This document shows positions 48,736 to 57,957 of a stretch of 64,000 nt of DNA, piece after piece; within the stretch, counting starts at the first letter, position 1; every line of letters begins with the position of its first letter. The DNA is taken from assembly GCA_017477465.1 (NCBI GenBank), contig JAFUVU010000016.1:8035-72034 (forward strand). The letters run 5' to 3'. Made by a program: the position numbers and the translations under genes. This DNA comes from Bacteroidales bacterium. GTDB taxonomy: Bacteria; Bacteroidota; Bacteroidia; Bacteroidales; UBA932. The notes beneath the pieces were generated by a model that saw only the letters and a program-made list of their open reading frames with translations, had not been told where the DNA came from and made no database searches.

Positions 48736-50679
48736 ATGAAAAGATATCTGATTCTGCTGCTTTCCGTTATGGCTCTGTGCTCCTGTGCAGAGCAGAACAA
48801 GCGTCTTTACGACAGCTGCAAACCGCTTACCCGTTGGTGGTGGTTTTCGTCACAGATTGAACGCAGTGACGTGAGGGACCAGCTTATCTGGCTCAAGGAT
48901 CACGGTTTTGGCGGTGTGGAGATTGCGTGGGTTTATCCCATGTTCCTCAAGGAGGATACTCCCCATCCCGACTTCCTTTCCCCGGAGTGGCGCGAGCCGG
49001 TTCTATATGCAAAACATGTTGCCGATTCCATCGGCCTGACTTGCGATTACACTTACGGCACCTTGTGGCCGTTCAACGATGTGAATCTGCCAGCAGGCGA
49101 CGCTACGCGTACATACTTTGATACAGTGAACGTGGCCCGGCGCCTCAGGACTTGGGATCATCCCCGCGAGGCGCGCATTCTCAACCATCTGGACCGCAAT
49201 GCCTTCGCCCGTTATGCAGAAAGGATGGACAAGGGCCTTGGCGATGCCTACAAAGGGACAAAATCAGGCGTTTTCGTGGACTCCTGGGAAGTAAAAACCG
49301 CTTACATCTGGACGCCCGGCTTCGGCGAAACTTTCCGTAAAGAGCACGGCTACGACATCGAGCCATACATGCAGGAAAAAACCCTTAGGGACAGCACCAA
49401 TGCCGACATATACTACGACTATATGAAAACCCTCTCGGGCTATGTCCTTGAAGAGTTCTACAAGCCTTTTGCCGATAACGCCACATCCAACGGAGCTTAT
49501 TCCAGGGCGCAGTGTGCGGGCGCTCCCACCGACCTTCTCACGGCATACACCCTTGTCGATATCCCGGAAAGTGAAGCCATCCTGTACGAGCCTTCCTTCA
49601 GCCGGATAGCGGCATCGGCAGCAACGCTTTCACGGAAAGATGCCGTCAGCGCCGAAACCTTTACTTGCGCCTACGGATGGACGGGGCTAAGCCATCAAGG
49701 CGGCAGAGGCAGAAGTCCACACCAGGGCGAAGAGCAGATTGCCGATCTCAAGCTAATCTGCGACGCACTCTTCGCCAACGGCGTCAACCAGATTATCTGG
49801 CACGGCTTTCCATTCAACAAAGTCGGCCGATCGGACAACTGGTTCTACACAACCTGCGAGATAAGCACGAACCCCGAACGAAGCCTCAGCGGTGAGCCTC
49901 TGACCAGCTTCAACCGCTACATGACCAAGGTCTCGAACTACATGAGGCGCGGAAAGAGCTACTCGGAGCTGGCCGTCTATATGCCTCTTGAAGACTCCTG
50001 GATGAGCGGAGACTATCCGGCCGAAGTTACAGCCAAGATGCGATGGGCAAGGGGGCAGTACGAACTCCGCTATATCACCGTCCCCGAGGAATTCAAAGGC
50101 ATGCAGCCTCTGTGGGTGAATGGCAAATTCCTATCCGACAGTAACTTCCGCGAAGGACGTTTATATTGCGGGGACGCATCCTTCAGCGCCCTCTACGTAG
50201 ATGTGGACTACATGGAATATGAATCCCTCAAAGACATTCTGAAGCTCGCCCGGGAAGGCCTTCCGGTGTACATAAGCCACAAGCCAAAAGAGCCCGGCTT
50301 CAACAAACATCCCGATTACGACAGCGTCCTTCAAGAAATCTTCGCCATAGAAAACGTTTCTTCGGACAAGGCGGTAATACCGCAACCTGCACTTGTAGAG
50401 GGAGAAAGATTACCCGATATGTGGTGCCGACAGGAAGGAGACGACTACTACGTATTCTTTGCCAATCCCCTTTCATCGACCATAAAATATCCTCTGGAAT
50501 ACGGTTATGCCTTTACCGACACCGGCTCCACGCGCCAAATCAGAATCAATCACCATGGCGTAAGCGAACCCTACACCCTGGTATTTCCTCCGACGGGATC
50601 GCTGCTTCTGCACATTTCCAAGGCAGGTATCGAAAACATAGACCTTGACTATACTCCGCCGGCACCAAGGCAAAGTTAA
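48736..50679 (+). CDS. Glycoside hydrolase, GH106 (alpha-L-rhamnosidase)-like lipoprotein
   Basis: PLTRWWW, GFGGVEI, VDSWE, AETFT, GVNQIIWHG; lipobox LCSC after ATG 48736. Confidence 0.72.
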   Translation: MKRYLILLLSVMALCSCAEQNKRLYDSCKPLTRWWWFSSQIERSDVRDQLIWLKDHGFGGVEIAWVYPMFLKEDTPHPDFLSPEWREPVLYAKHVADSIGLTCDYTYGTLWPFNDVNLPAGDATRTYFDTVNVARRLRTWDHPREARILNHLDRNAFARYAERMDKGLGDAYKGTKSGVFVDSWEVKTAYIWTPGFGETFRKEHGYDIEPYMQEKTLRDSTNADIYYDYMKTLSGYVLEEFYKPFADNATSNGAYSRAQCAGAPTDLLTAYTLVDIPESEAILYEPSFSRIAASAATLSRKDAVSAETFTCAYGWTGLSHQGGRGRSPHQGEEQIADLKLICDALFANGVNQIIWHGFPFNKVGRSDNWFYTTCEISTNPERSLSGEPLTSFNRYMTKVSNYMRRGKSYSELAVYMPLEDSWMSGDYPAEVTAKMRWARGQYELRYITVPEEFKGMQPLWVNGKFLSDSNFREGRLYCGDASFSALYVDVDYMEYESLKDILKLAREGLPVYISHKPKEPGFNKHPDYDSVLQEIFAIENVSSDKAVIPQPALVEGERLPDMWCRQEGDDYYVFFANPLSSTIKYPLEYGYAFTDTGSTRQIRINHHGVSEPYTLVFPPTGSLLLHISKAGIENIDLDYTPPAPRQS

Positions 50680-50691
50680 AAACACAACGAG

Positions 50692-50725
50692 TCATAAGCG
50701 ACATTTGCCCGGAATAGGGCCGCGA
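50692..50725. repeat. Inverted copy of the 12573-12606 REP-like segment
   Basis: 33/34 identity. Confidence 0.75.
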
Positions 50726-50727
50726 TC

Positions 50728-50760
50728 TTTTCCCCTTTGGGGAAAGATTGTCCGTTATTA
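50728..50760 (+). promoter_or_regulatory. Putative ECF promoter TTTTCCCC-N17-CGTTATTA
   Basis: Conserved bipartite motif upstream of ATG 50812. Confidence 0.8.
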
Positions 50761-50811
50761 TATTGATTAGCAACAACACTTAAGCTAATATAGACTTTGA
50801 ATTCTGATAAT

Positions 50812-53514
50812 ATGAAAAGATTACTTCCTATGCTTATTCTTTTCCTTGCGGCAGTAGGATGTTACAAGGAAAAGCAGCAGCCGTCAGACGCTGAAGTGCA
50901 TAATCTGGTCAGGCTGTCATTCAGCATTGCTGAGCCTGATTTTGAAGATGAAAACGGAACAAAAGTAACCCTTGAAGACGGAGGATCTTTCCAGTGGACC
51001 GGCGCCGAAACAGCATCGGTGATTGTAGGAAAAGAAGCTACAAGCACCACCACCAAGGCAAAAGGCCTTCAGATTGAGCTGCCCTCTACGGCTCCCGGCG
51101 TTTTTGAAGGGACCATCGACCTGGGCTCTTTCAGCGAAGAAGACGTCAAGGGAATCGTTATTCCACATGAGGCAGGTGCATACTATTATTACAACAGCGG
51201 CAACAAGCAATACCGTTTCTACATTCCTATTTCAAACTCCCAGACCCAGGCAGAGAACGGGGTGCTCAATCCCACTTATTGTCCCTTTATTGCCGCATCC
51301 ACTTTTGACGGACTCTCAACCGGCGGCACTCCCCTCCAGCTGCAATCCGCTGGAGCTCTGCTTCGCTTCAATGTTTACGGAAAACATGCCCAGCAGAGCG
51401 ACAGTGAAGTCCTCAAGAGTATCAGAGTGGATGAAGCCAATAGCAAAGTCATTTCCGGGCGGTGCGAATGGATTTACAATACTAGCGGATCGTTCAACAG
51501 CAATGGCAGCTCGTATGTAACCGCTTCACTCACTGAGCCCTGCACTATTGCCGACAAGACTCAGGCCAACGGTGTAAAGCTTTTTGCCGGAGTCGTACTG
51601 GCCGGTTCAAGAACCCTTGGCAAAATTACAGTTACCACCGACCGGGCAGTTTACACTAAAACTATAAGTAAAAGCCTGTCCGCTAAAAAGGTAACAACCA
51701 AAACCCCGATTTACCGGCTTGGAGTAAACCTCGCCGGCAGCGGATGGACCCGTGAAAGCCGCGTATTCTATTCTACTGACGGAGGTTCCACCTGGCAGGA
51801 AAACCTGCCTGAGGGTGAATGGACGTCACTGGCAGTCAAGACTTCCGATGCCGGTACCCTTTCAAAAGAAGCGCTTACAGAAATTGCCACTGCAATTGCA
51901 GCCAAGACAGATCCGGTGGACCTGGACCTCAGTGAGGCTAAATATATCTCAGCTACCTTCCCCAACGTATTCAAGGGTACAGCCGATACGCCATACACAA
52001 AACTTGCGTCCATCACATTCCCTTCAAACGTCACCACCATCGCTGAAAGTGCATTCGAGTGGTGTGCAGGGCTCGAAAGCGTAGAGCTGGAAGGAATTAC
52101 TACCATCAACACAAAGGCCTTCTACCACAGTGGTCTTGTAAACCTGACAGTCCCGAGCACAGTCTCCAAGATGGACGGCTGGCTTACCTTCGGCTGCTGT
52201 CCCAACCTTTCCACAGTTTATTACGATGCCACAGCACAGCAGGTGGGCGGCAACGGAAGCAGCGGAACAAATCACGCCCACTTCGCCTGGGCAACTATGA
52301 CATCGGCCACCAACAACCCGGCCGAGGTTACAGACACATACAATTCGCCCAATTATCCTCTGGTATTCACGGTGGGACCCAACTGCTCCAAGATAGTGCG
52401 GTACATGTTCAAGTACAACAAGAAACTTACAACCCTTGTATTCAAATCGTCGCCAGCCCTCTCAAACTACGCGTTCGGGAATACACCATATCTGGAGACT
52501 TTCGACTTCTCAACCGTCAGCGCCGCTCCGGATAATGACTACCCCGGCTCCAGTGTGGGAACTTCGGTGGCTTCCGGGACGACAAAACGCATACTTGTCC
52601 CCCAAGCGGCAGTTGACACCTACGCCGCAACCCGTCCATGGAAGGACTATGTTGAAAATGCGGGATACGTACTTACAGGCATTTCCACCTCACAGGGCTC
52701 TGGAAGCATCCAGGCAAGGGTGGGCTCCTACAATATCCGTACAACCACAACCGAGAGCGACAGCAACAACAACTGGGCAAACCGCAAGGAACGCTTCTTC
52801 CAGTCTTTCCGGAATATAGACTTCGACATGGTTGGACTTCAGGAAGTAACTGCGACGCAGCTCACTGATCTTAAGGAGGAATTCTCCGACACCTACGACT
52901 TCTATGTGCTTCAGACCGGTTCCGGCGGCGTCGGCGGCGCATGGAAAAAAGACAAGTACAACCTGCTCAGCAGCGGTCTGTATTGGATTAACCCCAAAGA
53001 CATCAACTCCAAGGCTGCATACGACAAACCCACTACCGGAACATACGCCGGAAAGTCCTTCTACAGGGCCTGCACCGGCATGCTGCTCGAAGAGAAGGCA
53101 ACCCATATCAAGTTCCTCTTCATGGCAACTCACTATTGCCTGAGCGCCGAATCCAGGGAAGCATACGCCTACCTTTATCCCCAATTCGAAGCGGCCTGGA
53201 ACCCCTATGGCTTCCCTTCCTTCCTTGTAGGAGACCTCAACGCAAAGCCTGACGATCCATGCCACACTGATCTGGGGGCCCATTGGACTGACACCTATAC
53301 CTCAGCGGCAAGCAAAGGCGGAATCGAGAATACCTATAACGGCTACACAGCACCCGAAGGCAAGAGCCGACTGGATTACATCTACTGGAGAGGCACCGAG
53401 CTCACGCCCACATATTACGCGTGCGACAACACCCTCTACGGAAGCGAATCCAACCTCTATCCGTCCGACCACTTCCCCATATTCGCCGACTTTACAATCA
53501 CCGTAGCCCCGTAA
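50812..53514 (+). CDS. Fimbrillin-like lipoprotein (subtype A) + LRR module + EEP (endonuclease/exonuclease/phosphatase) domain
   Basis: Lipobox AVGC; GTKVTL..W.G.E; YSTDGGSTW/LRR; EEP motifs SYNIR, GLQE, GDLN, LDYIY, SDHFP. Confidence 0.82.
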   Translation: MKRLLPMLILFLAAVGCYKEKQQPSDAEVHNLVRLSFSIAEPDFEDENGTKVTLEDGGSFQWTGAETASVIVGKEATSTTTKAKGLQIELPSTAPGVFEGTIDLGSFSEEDVKGIVIPHEAGAYYYYNSGNKQYRFYIPISNSQTQAENGVLNPTYCPFIAASTFDGLSTGGTPLQLQSAGALLRFNVYGKHAQQSDSEVLKSIRVDEANSKVISGRCEWIYNTSGSFNSNGSSYVTASLTEPCTIADKTQANGVKLFAGVVLAGSRTLGKITVTTDRAVYTKTISKSLSAKKVTTKTPIYRLGVNLAGSGWTRESRVFYSTDGGSTWQENLPEGEWTSLAVKTSDAGTLSKEALTEIATAIAAKTDPVDLDLSEAKYISATFPNVFKGTADTPYTKLASITFPSNVTTIAESAFEWCAGLESVELEGITTINTKAFYHSGLVNLTVPSTVSKMDGWLTFGCCPNLSTVYYDATAQQVGGNGSSGTNHAHFAWATMTSATNNPAEVTDTYNSPNYPLVFTVGPNCSKIVRYMFKYNKKLTTLVFKSSPALSNYAFGNTPYLETFDFSTVSAAPDNDYPGSSVGTSVASGTTKRILVPQAAVDTYAATRPWKDYVENAGYVLTGISTSQGSGSIQARVGSYNIRTTTTESDSNNNWANRKERFFQSFRNIDFDMVGLQEVTATQLTDLKEEFSDTYDFYVLQTGSGGVGGAWKKDKYNLLSSGLYWINPKDINSKAAYDKPTTGTYAGKSFYRACTGMLLEEKATHIKFLFMATHYCLSAESREAYAYLYPQFEAAWNPYGFPSFLVGDLNAKPDDPCHTDLGAHWTDTYTSAASKGGIENTYNGYTAPEGKSRLDYIYWRGTELTPTYYACDNTLYGSESNLYPSDHFPIFADFTITVAP

Positions 53515-53558
53515 GCTCAGGAACCTTATAGATTAATTGATTATAAATGATAAACATT

Positions 53559-53684
53559 ATGAATAACAAGAGCTTTTACATGACCCCCGAAACCGATGTC
53601 CTCCGCATGGAAGCGGACAGCAATCTTCTTCAGACATCGGTCGTACTTCCCGAGACAAACTGGCAGGGCGAAGTGGTGCTTTAG
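53559..53684 (+). CDS. Small YxxP-leader peptide, 41 aa: MNNKSFYMTPETDVLRMEADSNLLQTSVVLPETNWQGEVVL
   Basis: Translated by hand; AT-rich upstream region; shared leader and LPxxxW tail. Confidence 0.8.
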   Translation: MNNKSFYMTPETDVLRMEADSNLLQTSVVLPETNWQGEVVL

Positions 53685-53690
53685 CATGTC

Positions 53691-53722
53691 TTTTCCCCTT
53701 TGGGAAAGCTCAATCGTTATAA
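53691..53722 (+). promoter_or_regulatory. Putative ECF promoter TTTTCCCC-N16-CGTTATAA
   Basis: Conserved bipartite motif ending 6 nt before ATG 53729. Confidence 0.78.
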
Positions 53723-53728
53723 TTCAGT

Positions 53729-55009
53729 ATGCTGACCAGTAAAGTTCTGAACATAGGCCTCATTTCCCTGGCAATCTGCTTTTCCTCCTGCAAACAGGAA
53801 GGGGCGGACCTCCCTTCCATGAAAGCGGAACTGACGCAGCGCTTCGGGGCCATAAGGGAAAAAGTAATACGTCCTGCCGAGGGCTACCTAAAGCACGAGT
53901 ATCTTATCCCGGCCGGCTTCTATAAGCAAATGTGGGACTGGGACGGCTATTTCATGGGCTACTATTGGCTCAACAATGGCCGTCCGGACCTTCTGCAAAG
54001 TTGGGCGCTTAACCTTATGGAAGGCATAGACGAGCGCGGCTACGTATGCGGCTGCGCCACCGTAAACGGCCCCAAGGTGATGCACGGCAGTTTCTCCATG
54101 AAGCCCTTCCTCTCGCAGGGCATCGTCCTTGCCAGTGAAGCACTTGGCGATTGGAGCTGGGTGGAACCCTGGTACGAAAAGACCTGCCGGGCGCTGGCTT
54201 TCCGCGACAGCACGCAGTACGATGCCAACTACGGCCTTTACTTCTGGGAAAACGGCTTCCAGAGCGGGGCCGACAACAACGTGGCCCTTAACTACTACGC
54301 TGGCGACAAGCGCAGCTTCCTGGCAGCCGACTGCAGCACCATGCAGCTAAGGGAATTCAAGGCCCAGGCCCGCATAGCCAAAGAACTGGGGCGCTCCGAA
54401 GATGCAAAGTACTACGCAAAAAGGGCCGATGAGCTGTCCGCCGCAATCAATAAGCACCTCTGGTGCGCGGAAGACGCCTGCTATTACAATATAGACCGCT
54501 CCACGGGAGCCTTCTACAAACGAGTCAGCTACTCGTCGTTCTGGCCTCTTTTTGAATCACTTGCATCAAAAAGCGACGGGCAGAAGATGCTCCGTCGGCA
54601 CATGTTCAACCCCAAGGAAATGCAGAGCCCTTACGGCTTCAGGACCTTGTCGGCAAGCGACCCCGACTACAACAACAAGAACATAATCAAGCCTTTCTCC
54701 AACTGGCAAGGCCCTGTATGGATTATTGCAAACTATATTTACAGCGTTTGCCTGTACAACTATGGCTTTGCCGACAAAGCCCGCTGGCAGTGTGAAAAAC
54801 TTGCCCCCCTTGTGCTGGAAGACCTGAGAAAATACAACACCACCCATGAATGCTGGAGCGCGGAAACTGGTGAGCCTCTCTCCCCCGCCTTCACATACAC
54901 CGACAGCGACGGCCGCTTCATTGGCTTCATCAGCTGGAATCTGCTGCTGGAGCTCATGATGGACAGCGCTACCGGAGGTCCCAAGTATCTAATGGAAATC
55001 AGATATTAA
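53729..55009 (+). CDS. (alpha/alpha)6 glycosidase, GH63/trehalase-like lipoprotein
   Basis: MWDWD, SGADN, NWQGPVW, ECWSAETG; lipobox FSSC. Confidence 0.75.
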   Translation: MLTSKVLNIGLISLAICFSSCKQEGADLPSMKAELTQRFGAIREKVIRPAEGYLKHEYLIPAGFYKQMWDWDGYFMGYYWLNNGRPDLLQSWALNLMEGIDERGYVCGCATVNGPKVMHGSFSMKPFLSQGIVLASEALGDWSWVEPWYEKTCRALAFRDSTQYDANYGLYFWENGFQSGADNNVALNYYAGDKRSFLAADCSTMQLREFKAQARIAKELGRSEDAKYYAKRADELSAAINKHLWCAEDACYYNIDRSTGAFYKRVSYSSFWPLFESLASKSDGQKMLRRHMFNPKEMQSPYGFRTLSASDPDYNNKNIIKPFSNWQGPVWIIANYIYSVCLYNYGFADKARWQCEKLAPLVLEDLRKYNTTHECWSAETGEPLSPAFTYTDSDGRFIGFISWNLLLELMMDSATGGPKYLMEIRY

Positions 55010-55018
55010 AATAACAAT

Positions 55019-55147
55019 ATGGAACAGAAAAAGAATTACACAATTCCCGAGACATTTGTAATGACTTTGGAAACAGAGTCATCCACCATGGTCTATCCTT
55101 CAAACCATCTGCCCGGCGCTACCTGGCAACCTGAAACCGAGATTTAA
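55019..55147 (+). CDS. Small YxxP-leader peptide, 42 aa: MEQKKNYTIPETFVMTLETESSTMVYPSNHLPGATWQPETEI
   Basis: Translated by hand; fills the gap exactly and stops 2 nt before the next ATG. Confidence 0.82.
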   Translation: MEQKKNYTIPETFVMTLETESSTMVYPSNHLPGATWQPETEI

Positions 55148-55149
55148 CT

Positions 55150-57954
55150 ATGATGCGTTACAACAAGCTTATCTGCACGTTTGCAGTAGTTGGGCTTATT
55201 CCGGCCTGCAGCAGGGAAGCTGTTCCTGAGCTGGAAAAACTTCCCGTCGAAGAGGAATCGGCAACAGACATCAACGAAGACGAGGGGCGCAGCTTTGAGC
55301 TCCGGGTAATGGCCGATTACCCCACCCTTGAAAGTGACACCAAAGTTTCTTTTACCGAAAGCGAAAGCGGCTCGACCCTTGGATGGCTGGGCACTGAAAA
55401 CGCATCGGCAATCGTAGCCTCAACAAGCTGCACCACTAATTCACAGTGCGTGTCAAACGCTTTGGGATCGGTATCCAAAGGCGTTTTTGCAGGTACTGTA
55501 CGCGTTGGAAATTTAAAGGCGACAGACCTAAGGGCAATCGTCGTCCCCGACGAAGCACAGGCTTTTGTCAAATATACATCCAGCCAGTTCCGCATTGTCT
55601 GCCCCATCCCGACAGACCAGATACAGGAACGCTCCGCCGAGGTGAATCCGGCGTACTTCCCTTTCTTCGCCCCCATCACCAGCACCGACCTCAAGGAAGA
55701 CGACAACGGTAAAGTCATCTCTGACATAGATCTTCATTCTGCCAGCAACATGATCCGTCTCGCCGTATTCGGAAAACATGCCGATATGGAGGATGACGAG
55801 ATCCTTAAAACTGTCCGTCTGGATGCAAGCGACCGCTTCAGCGGCACCATGGAGTATATCATCAAAGACGGAAACAAATCCTTCAACTCCAACGGGCCCC
55901 ACTACGTCACAGTGAGCCTTATGGAAGAGGTCACCCTTGCCGATAAAGACCGCTCAAACGCTCCTGTGCTGTATGTAAGCGCCAGTATGGGCGGAAAACG
56001 CACGGTTACAAAAATCACGGTTATCACAGACAAGGCCGCATATACCCAAAGCGTAAGCCTGGAATTTCCTCAGAAAAATGCCCTGGGCAACTTCATCGTC
56101 TATCCATTCGCACTCAACCTTGGCAACGGCAAGTGGACGAGGACGGAGGCCGCAATCCAGTGGTCAACCGACGCTGGAAGCACCTGGAGCACAGAATTCC
56201 CTGCTGCCGGCTTTACAGCTCTTGCTGCAAAAACCACATCGGCGCGCCCGCTCACTATACTTGACATTGAGCAGATTCACGATGCAATCACTGCCAATCC
56301 CGAACCTGTGGATTTGGATCTGAGTCAGGCAACGCTCACACAGGAAGTCTGGCCCGATGTGTTCAAATCCACTTCCGACGCTCCCGACACCAAGCTCAAA
56401 TCAATCAAATTCCCATCCAACGTGACGGAGATTTCCCGTGAAGCCTTCGCCTGGTGCATGGGACTGGAAAGCGTAGACCTGGGTACCAAGATAACCACCA
56501 TCAACACCAAAGCCTTCTATCACAGCGGCTTGGTGCATTTGACCGTTCCCTCCACCGTCAGCTCAATGCCGGGCTGGCTCACCTTTGGCTGCTGCCCTAA
56601 CCTGCAGACGGTCTATTACAATTCCAAGGCCGGCCAAATTGGCGGAAACGGCTCCACAGGCAATAACCACGCCCACTTCGCCTATGCCGACATGACGCTG
56701 GACTACGGCACCAACAATCCCACGGAAGTGACGGAGACAGCCAACTCCACAAGCAATCCCCTCATCTTCACCGTGGGGCCGAACAGCCCTCGTCTGCCAC
56801 GCTATATGTTCCGGTATAACAGGAAGCTCACCAAACTTGTCTTCGAGAGTGCGCCCACCCTTTCCAATTATGCTTTTGAACATACGCTGGGCCTTTCCGA
56901 GATGGATTTCTCGGCCGTCACCTCCATGCCCACCAACGCCACGCCGGGAAGCAATATCGGCATCGCTCCCGGAACATCGGCCGACCGCAAGCTCATTGTT
57001 CCGGCCTCGCTGGTAGGAACCATAGCCGAGCAGGACCCTTGGAAAAACATGGTGCTCCAGAACGGATTTGACATTATCGAATCCTCCCCGGACGCGACCA
57101 GCCCTTCGGGGAGCGTCGATGTGCGAGTCGGCTCCTACAACATCCGAATAGCCACTGCCGACACTTCCGACGAAAACAAAAAATGGGCTACCCGGCGCCC
57201 CCTGCTGGTCCAGTCCATCCTGGCCGACGACTTTGACATCTTCGGCATTCAGGAAGCCACCAATCCCAGCGCTGCTGCTTCCCAGCAGCACAACCATCTT
57301 CGAGAGGACCTTGGCAGTGTCTATGGCTTCGTCTTCTTCCGCCCCAATGCCGGCTCCAACAACGAATCCGTCGGTATCGCCTACAAAAAGGCCGACTGGG
57401 AAATGGTCAACGTAAAAACCTTCTGGGTAGGTCCCGATCCCAACAAACGCACGGCATCCGACAAGCCCACCACCGGGACCTATGCCGGCAGCAGTTTCTA
57501 TCGAGGCGCCATCACTTCCGTCCTCAAACATAAGAGCACCGGCATCAAGGTCTTCTTCATGTGTGCGCACGGAATGCTCTCCTCGGCAGACAACGCCACC
57601 TACTCCGTCGTATACTCTTCCCAGGAAGCGCTGTTGAACCCCGATGGCCTGCCGTCCTTCTTCGTAGGGGACTTGAATGTCAACCCCGCCCACGAGTCTT
57701 CGGTACACTATCGTACCTACTGGTCCGACACCTTCCTCTCCCTGGACGAATCGGCCCGAGGCGGCTCGGAATACACCTTCAACGGCTACACGGCGCCGGA
57801 AGGCAAGAGCCGCATAGACTACATCTATTACAAGGGCACCGGCGTCACACCCACTTATTATGAGTGCGACAACACCCTCTACGGTGCCGACAGCAACATC
57901 TATCCTTCGGACCATTTCCCTATTTTTGCCGATTTCACCATAACTGCAGAATAA
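55150..57954 (+). CDS. Fimbrillin-like lipoprotein (subtype A) + LRR + EEP; paralog of 50812..53514
   Basis: Lipobox IPAC; DTKVSF..W.G.E; STDAGSTW/LRR; SYNIR, GIQE, GDLN, IDYIY, SDHFP. Confidence 0.82.
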   Translation: MMRYNKLICTFAVVGLIPACSREAVPELEKLPVEEESATDINEDEGRSFELRVMADYPTLESDTKVSFTESESGSTLGWLGTENASAIVASTSCTTNSQCVSNALGSVSKGVFAGTVRVGNLKATDLRAIVVPDEAQAFVKYTSSQFRIVCPIPTDQIQERSAEVNPAYFPFFAPITSTDLKEDDNGKVISDIDLHSASNMIRLAVFGKHADMEDDEILKTVRLDASDRFSGTMEYIIKDGNKSFNSNGPHYVTVSLMEEVTLADKDRSNAPVLYVSASMGGKRTVTKITVITDKAAYTQSVSLEFPQKNALGNFIVYPFALNLGNGKWTRTEAAIQWSTDAGSTWSTEFPAAGFTALAAKTTSARPLTILDIEQIHDAITANPEPVDLDLSQATLTQEVWPDVFKSTSDAPDTKLKSIKFPSNVTEISREAFAWCMGLESVDLGTKITTINTKAFYHSGLVHLTVPSTVSSMPGWLTFGCCPNLQTVYYNSKAGQIGGNGSTGNNHAHFAYADMTLDYGTNNPTEVTETANSTSNPLIFTVGPNSPRLPRYMFRYNRKLTKLVFESAPTLSNYAFEHTLGLSEMDFSAVTSMPTNATPGSNIGIAPGTSADRKLIVPASLVGTIAEQDPWKNMVLQNGFDIIESSPDATSPSGSVDVRVGSYNIRIATADTSDENKKWATRRPLLVQSILADDFDIFGIQEATNPSAAASQQHNHLREDLGSVYGFVFFRPNAGSNNESVGIAYKKADWEMVNVKTFWVGPDPNKRTASDKPTTGTYAGSSFYRGAITSVLKHKSTGIKVFFMCAHGMLSSADNATYSVVYSSQEALLNPDGLPSFFVGDLNVNPAHESSVHYRTYWSDTFLSLDESARGGSEYTFNGYTAPEGKSRIDYIYYKGTGVTPTYYECDNTLYGADSNIYPSDHFPIFADFTITAE

Positions 57955-57957
57955 GGT

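Noticed and set aside
15439-55147. Lasso peptide/RiPP cluster, suggested by the YxxP leaders and the S9 peptidase
   Set aside because: No asparagine-synthetase-like cyclase, RRE/PqqD, transglutaminase-like peptidase, radical SAM or YcaO gene in the window, and the cores lack a shared lasso ring pattern. Enzymes acting in trans cannot be excluded.
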